Source: Trichoplax adhaerens
Taxonomy: Eukaryota; Animalia; Placozoa
NCBI RefSeq assembly: GCF_000150275.1
Contig: NW_002061039.1
Coordinates: 1 to 16,297 of the forward strand
Direction of reading: 5' to 3'
Length of the DNA stretch: 16,297 nt
A program made the translations under genes and the position numbers. This document shows positions 10,272 to 16,297 of the stretch, one piece after another (within the stretch, counting starts at the first letter, position 1; the number at the start of each line of letters is the position of its first letter). Below the pieces are notes generated by a model. That model was not told the DNA's origin. It did not search any database and worked only from the letters and a program-made list of their open reading frames with translations.

Positions 10272-10791
10272 AAAAGTCCAAATCTCAAAAATCAACTCTT
10301 ACGATATTTTTCACGAATAAATGTCCAAAAATTAAAACAGAAAAAAATTTATAATGTACTTTTTTGACATTAGTATCGCTGAGTATTGACAGTTGATGTT
10401 TTAGCGTCAGATTGTACTGTAGCTGTACGATGATAGACTACATTATAGTACTTTACCGTCATGTTATAAATCCCCTTTCTCTAAGGATAGGGTTTTGCTA
10501 CTAAGATAAATTTAGTTACAATTTGAATAGACGATCAAACGCCCTTTCTTTAGATTAGGCATTTGCTCTATAAGGCTACTTGTACAGTAATCTATATAAT
10601 ACCTTGTGAAATAATGAAGAAGAAAAGATGGCGACATGATGATTTGGCAGGGTAAAACTTAAAGACACTATCACTTTCTAGGTATTTTCTATAGTAAGAT
10701 AATACTAGTTACATACTAAAAGCTATAAAGGACTCTACTTTCAGTCCTTTACTACATAAGAGTTATCAAAGAAATCGATTACTTTATTAAA

Positions 10792-10927
10792 ATGAATAAT
10801 TCCAGTAGATATTCTGTCTTCCTTAATGACGAACCTGCAAGTGCATTCGCTTGGGCTATCGCATTAATTGGCCTACCTTTAAATGTCTTTCTTATCGGTT
10901 TTATGAAATGGAATCTTGGTCGGCAAA
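10792..10927 (+). CDS. 5' fragment of a third GPCR paralogue, truncated by the assembly gap; possible frameshift (gene or pseudogene unresolved)
   Basis: About 89% nt identity to 2641-2777 (15 substitutions by manual count). One G is missing near 10910 (TGGAATCTTGG vs TGGGAATCTTGG), about 17 nt from the contig edge. Sequence after the gap shows no GPCR similarity. Confidence 0.85.
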
Positions 10928-10977
10928 NNNNNNNNNNNNNNNNNNNNNNNNNNNNNNNNNNNNNNNNNNNNNNNNNN
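10928..10977. other. Assembly gap (50 N, probably placeholder length)
   Basis: Run of exactly 50 N. The rest of the GPCR would need ~940 bp, so the true gap is likely longer if the gene is complete. Confidence 0.97.
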
Positions 10978-13229
10978 TTATCGCAACCTCATCGACTACA
11001 CTTTATTAGCTGCTTTCAATTAAAGAGCGCACCAGAAATTTAGCATTACTATTCGTATGATTTATTTCTCATAATATTCCTAGTGCGATATTGCTGCGAA
11101 CTTATTCTTTTCTAATAGTAAATCTATAAATACTGGTGTCTTAAAAGTAATTATAACCAGCAAAACGTATACAAATATATTCTAAGAAACTTGCATCAAT
11201 GTACAAAATATTCCCTAAGAATCACTTTAAGGTTTTCTTATAGGATTAAATTTGAAAAAAAGAATTCGAAATATTTTTCTTAACTTATTTTAATGACTGT
11301 AGTAGCTAAATTTGTTAGCTAACATCTTTCAAATGAAATATGAATAAATAATGATTACTGGTAAGTAACTTGAAGAAAAGATCTATATCAAATTCTACAA
11401 GTTATAATAACCTGCTCCGATAAACTGATGTGATGAAAGCTATTAAAAAAATTTTATCACTGAATGTTCTAATTATATACAGTCAATTCAAGTAAAATAT
11501 ATGTACTCGTCGTTACTTGACGTAATCCAGATTATTCGTAACAACTCTTATCAAAGAACCTAGAAAAGATAGATCCCTATAATTCGTCTTAATTCACTGA
11601 ACTGGAAATATTCATCAGTAAATTTATTCATAAAGATCTATGAACAACAAAATTAAATAACTAATTTAGCGATAAAATCGATAAGATTAGATTACTATAA
11701 CTTACTTCAACTTACGGAAGTACCGAAATTAAATTTACTAAAATTTAAAGACAAAGTTCCTTTTGCTATACTAGCAAAGATAGCGAATAAATATAGATGG
11801 TGCTCTATGAAGTTTATAATTTGTCAACGGTCTTTTCTTAAGTTTACTGTAGTTGTTCTGTCATGATGCTTTCTGCATATTGCGGCATTTATATTGACCA
11901 CAATAGTTAACAATAGTTATAAAGTTTAAGATCTTACATAACACCAGAAGATATTATTCAAAGACTGATTCAAGTAGAAAGAAAGTTCAGGAAACGTTAC
12001 TTTTAACGTTTATGTGATGTAAAACATTAGTCATAACAATGCCATTGACGTGAATGTACGACGTGCACGCTTATAGTACACAATTAGTGTATTGGTACAC
12101 TAAGATAACTTTTATTATTGCATAATAATTAATAAGCCAAGATTTATTTTAATATATTAATTAAGCCAATAAATTGAGGTGGCGTTTGAGAAGCTGCCCA
12201 TATTTTCGCTAAATACACGCTTTATCACAATAGATTGACTAAATTCTTAACTATGGTAACCCTATACAGTAATGCATTATTTTAATTTTAAGTCTGTCAT
12301 CGTAATAAACAGTCCTTGTGTACAAAATTTAAGTCATAATCTTGGAATATGTAGAATTGTCGCTCTCTTCAGTATAATTCCAGCTAATAAATATACAAAT
12401 ACGGAAGAATACTAGTAATTCATCGACCGTATATTCTGAATATCAGAAGAAGTGAAATAAATGATACAAGACTAGATGTTAGTTCTTCTATCATTAGATC
12501 GATGAAGCAACCTATTTTATGCAGACTGCGTAAAAATCGATATTTTATTCCTATAAGTTACAAAGTAATTCAACGTAATTCGACCTGAAAATGATATCTA
12601 TTCATTTTTAAGCATTTAGCAGAGATCTACAATGTCCATTTATTGATAATCACATAAACTAATAAGATCATAATGATAATTAGAATAGTCTGACGATATT
12701 GTAATAAAGATAAGAAGTAAATCCCTTTGATAGAATTTTGAAAGAACATTGCGGATGATTTGGTATAGAATTAGCAAAACTCTTTTACAAATTTGCTTTT
12801 CTTAATATTTTTGAAAATTTAACGTAATGAAAACTACTAGCAGGTGCATTGTGGTAATAAAATTTTATCATACTATAATTGATTAATATTAACACCTGCA
12901 TACGACAAGGTACTATACTTTCGTTGTATGAATAGAAGTAAAAACTCATAAACTAATCTTACAACAAGCCGCTTATTATACTTGTGAGGAAGTTGTTAAT
13001 CTTACTTACAGTATCTCTCCGTAGTTAGTTGGAGTGACTAAGTAGCTAGTAAGTTAGTTGATCACTCACATTAGAAGAGAGTAGATAGTGGGATTACTCC
13101 TGTGAGTGACACGTGCTCGTATACAGTAAAAAATATTAGGATTAAGAACGCAGATTAGATATAACAAAATTACCCACAGATTTATACGAGATGCTTACTG
13201 TAAGATAAGCTGCAATATATTTTTGCGGG

Positions 13230-13685
13230 TGTGAGACTACTACTAAAGACTTTTAGAACGAACTAACTGAATAATCTAAAGTTGCATGCTTTTATACTTT
13301 TCGTAGCATTCGCAGCTACAATCCGCATCGCAACCTTTTACCTTATTTTACGCATAGTTAAATTATTCTTAGTAAAACTATTCTACTGCGGACCATCATT
13401 AATCCAATATGGATACGACTACAGTACTTACTTAGACATTATTCACACCAACCAAAGTACAATGAATTAACCATATCCAAATATATGACTTACAGTTCTA
13501 TTTTTACCTATAGCCTTATTAGTAACTCCACACATTACTGTATATAGTCATCTGTACTCTAGCATAGAGTCTATACCACCACAGTCTATAGTTATAGCTA
13601 CCAAATATCTCTTAGGATAAATATCTACCGTACATTATGCTAAACATAGCTAACAGTCTACAATCATAATACTAATTACATTACA
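13230..13685 (-). mobile_element. Solo LTR, family A copy 2, 456 bp, with internal deletion of the polyA-signal region
   Basis: Reverse complement of 4683-5127 (about 14 substitutions and three small indels, ~97%) joined to the terminal TCACA. Perfect TSD GCGGG at 13225-13229 and 13686-13690. Confidence 0.93.
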
Positions 13686-15359
13686 GCGGGATAAATAGAA
13701 GATAAAATACTTTGTCGCTATACTGTTTAAATCCTTAAGAGCTTATTTGTGCTAAAAGTCATTGCATTTAAGGTAATAAATTTTATTCCTATGATATAGT
13801 CTCGCTGTTCCAGCTAATGCTTTATCGCCAGATATATCTATAGAAATCGGTTGAATGTTTTAAAAAATAGATAATAAACTATTTTAAACTGTATTATGTA
13901 TATCCATAACGAAATTATTAAAAATGATTTATATTTCGCTAGCTATGATGTTCTTTCGGAATCGATCGAATGATATCTGATGAATTTCTGTAGTTAAGTT
14001 CTAACACTGTACTTAGTGCTCCATTATTTAATCTACTGATACGCTTACTTGTAAGTGTTTATAGCTAGCTCGTATTTCACTTTTTATTGCTAATGTTAAG
14101 ATAACTTCGAATTTGCATAATAAAGATACACTCTATTGACACTATTAGCTAATTTCTAATGATTTTTCCATAGCTACATTCGTCATTTCATATCGAATTT
14201 TACGAGGAACTATCATATGAGCCTATAGCAATGCGCAGTATTACGTATCCTAGCTAAGACTTTACTTTTACTTTTATAACTGCTCCTATTTAAAATCATT
14301 TCGTCTACCTTATGCATAATATAAATATTGATGTTATTAAATGATATTTAATAAATTTCTAAGATTTTAATACACCATAATGAATTAACTCATAATTGGC
14401 TACCATTATCTAAAACCATAGTCATAATCATTACTACGATTATGTATTATGATTTATATATCAAATTTATTTCTAATTTTACGGAAGATACCAAACTGTT
14501 TCGTAAGTTATGATATACGTATTGAAATCTGATTTTTTCAATAGCTGCAAATACCCATTGTAATCATATACATTTAGATAGGGCTCAAAATGTAATTTCA
14601 AGTCAACATTCTATACAGTAACGCTACACCAAGAATAATTAAAGAGGATAAATAAAGTCAAATAATCGATGAAATAAATTATTACATATTAATACACTTT
14701 TGTAATAAGAGTTGTGAAAATAGCTACTAAATCAATATCTGTGTGAAAGCTTAGAGTAAAATATAAAATTATTCTAGAAATAAATTACGAAGGAAGATAT
14801 CATATTTAAAGTTATTTTATCCGATTTAGATAACTTCTGTACTTAATTTTTAGTCAATATCGAGCACTTAACATATATAAATATACAGTTTATTACGTTA
14901 AAAAATTAGGAAGTTTACTTATTTAATTCTTAAGTAATTAAAAGGCAGCTATTATGTAACTATAGAATAAGCATGTTCATAAAGTGATAAATTATTCACT
15001 GATTTGTTATAATTCGATAAATAGTTAATTTTATCGCTATTATGTGATTAACTTCTTAATACGCTATTACAAACATACGCAAGGTTTTGATACAGTACTA
15101 GAACATTCCATTTAAATTCAGAAGTTAACTTCCAGTTCCAACACCAACAAGGCGAATACACTCCGGTTAAACTAGTTCGCAATTAATACTTTGATTCATT
15201 GTGCCTATTGCTAAATTAAGAATTTCTAAGGTATCTACAACCATCATCTGCTAAAGTTACCGATACATCAAATGATATTGTAGCGTACGGGTTATTAGTC
15301 CTAGGTTCGTAATACGTCAACTCAAAATTCTGAGTTGTTAAAAATCGAGAAATCCCTAA

Positions 15360-15731
15360 TGTGACACAAAATAGTCAACACCGTATAATTGACTTATAAC
15401 AGTTAAGTTTATTAACGTCCGTGTGTTGTCCGTCGGAGAAAAATTCCAATTTCTTCCACTCATAACAACAGTCGAAAGTCGCTAAGATAAACCGGATAAT
15501 CGACTTAGCCTCCACGATAACAATTCTATACAACTTATACAAATTATCATCAATTGTTCCTCTACATAGGAGTCATCAATCACATTAGTACATTGCTTAA
15601 TAACATTACATAATATGGAAATCAACTAAGGCCTTATATAGCCCATACTTTATTAAGACATACAGTTCTACAGTACATACTATCACTGTATTGCCTACAC
15701 AACACTACTGTAATTAGCTGAAATCACTACA
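15360..15731 (-). mobile_element. Possible further LTR-like element (no TSD)
   Basis: TGTGACACAAAA...CACTACA ends. Minus-strand TATATAA near 15633-15639 and AATAAA near 15408-15413, spaced like family C. Flanks CCTAA/GCCAT do not match. Confidence 0.3.
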
Positions 15732-15736
15732 GCCAT

Positions 15737-16012
15737 ATGATAAGGGAATCTATTAATAGAAATCATAATAATTCTATCATGATAGATATATTGCGAAGTC
15801 AGCCTAAGCATTTAGCTATAGCTATTAAGGCTAACTTGGAATATAATAGCTAGGAGTAATAAAATCAATTAACCTAAATTCCTATCGTATGACTCAACTT
15901 TCTAGTATTGGAATAGTTTAATTTCCTTATAGAGATTCTCCCGAAGTTAGTCTTAGATTAAATAGAGTAGATAGACTACCTTGGATCCGATCACAAAAGC
16001 TGTTTTCTGACA
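15737..16012 (+). mobile_element. Partial LTR (R/U5-like end), family B relative
   Basis: ~15790-16012 aligns to the reverse complement of 5498-5740 (AGAGTAGATAGACTA, AAAGCTGTTTT.TGACA, CCTATCGT, TTAACCTAAA; ~70%). AATAAA at 15858-15863. GCCAT occurs on both sides (15732-15736, 16013-16017), but the 5' TG terminus is missing. Confidence 0.7.
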
Positions 16013-16297
16013 GCCATTAACGGCACAGAAATAAAATAATTGAAGACACTCAGTAAATATGTTCATATATTATCATATTGAATTTTAAAGGGTAAAATAG
16101 ACCTTTTTTTACATTTTCGAATACTAAAGTCTGCGTTTTCAGCTTTGGTTAAACTGAAAGTATCAATATATTTAGGATTATTGGATCAGTATTGACCAGT
16201 ATTTCTATTTTAAAAATTAAGATCCGGCATGATATCTTGTGAAGTGCTAAACTGTACTTAGTAGAAATTACTGACTTTGTGGAAGATCATTAGTTAC

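Noticed and set aside
10978-11043. C-terminal part of the 83-aa ORF
   Set aside because: Artefact of translating through the N gap; no similarity to the GPCR.
13015-13111. Possible degenerate family B end (AGTTAGTTGGAG, AGAGTAGATAG, ...GTGACA)
   Set aside because: Only short motifs match; no partner terminus or TSD found.
13282-13470. 62-aa ORF
   Set aside because: TTG start, antisense within the family A LTR, and the frame differs by indels in the other copy.
4683-13685. Family A or C pairs as the two ends of one full-length transposon
   Set aside because: A copies are inverted and each has its own distinct TSD. C copies are only ~70-75% alike, with no gag/pol, PBS or PPT recognised between them.
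1-16297. CRISPR array, tRNA/rRNA, prokaryotic operon or RT/integrase coding remnants
   Set aside because: No regularly spaced repeats, cloverleaf or rRNA signatures, or RT/integrase motifs were seen; the window is eukaryotic in organisation.

Overview
AT-rich, animal-type eukaryotic genomic window with one 50-N scaffold gap (10928-10977). The composition and gene type suggest a non-bilaterian such as a placozoan, but that is inference only. The window holds a tandem, same-strand array of three related intronless class A GPCR genes. One is an intact 359-aa receptor (2641-3720), one is a heavily decayed pseudogene (6405-8072) that the ORF track shows only as a 66-aa fragment, and one is a close paralogue (10792-10927) cut off by the gap. 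The 7TM domain resembles LGR/RXFP (GRL101-like) receptors but has no LRR ectodomain. The non-coding DNA is densely packed with roughly 0.3-0.8 kb TGT...ACA elements that look like solo LTRs of several families. Four have perfect 5-bp target-site duplications (TSDs). Two are proven insertions because an in-window duplicated segment (1-557) preserves the empty sites, and removing another restores the pseudogene reading frame. No gag/pol, RNA genes or CRISPR-like arrays were seen. All alignments and counts were made by eye.
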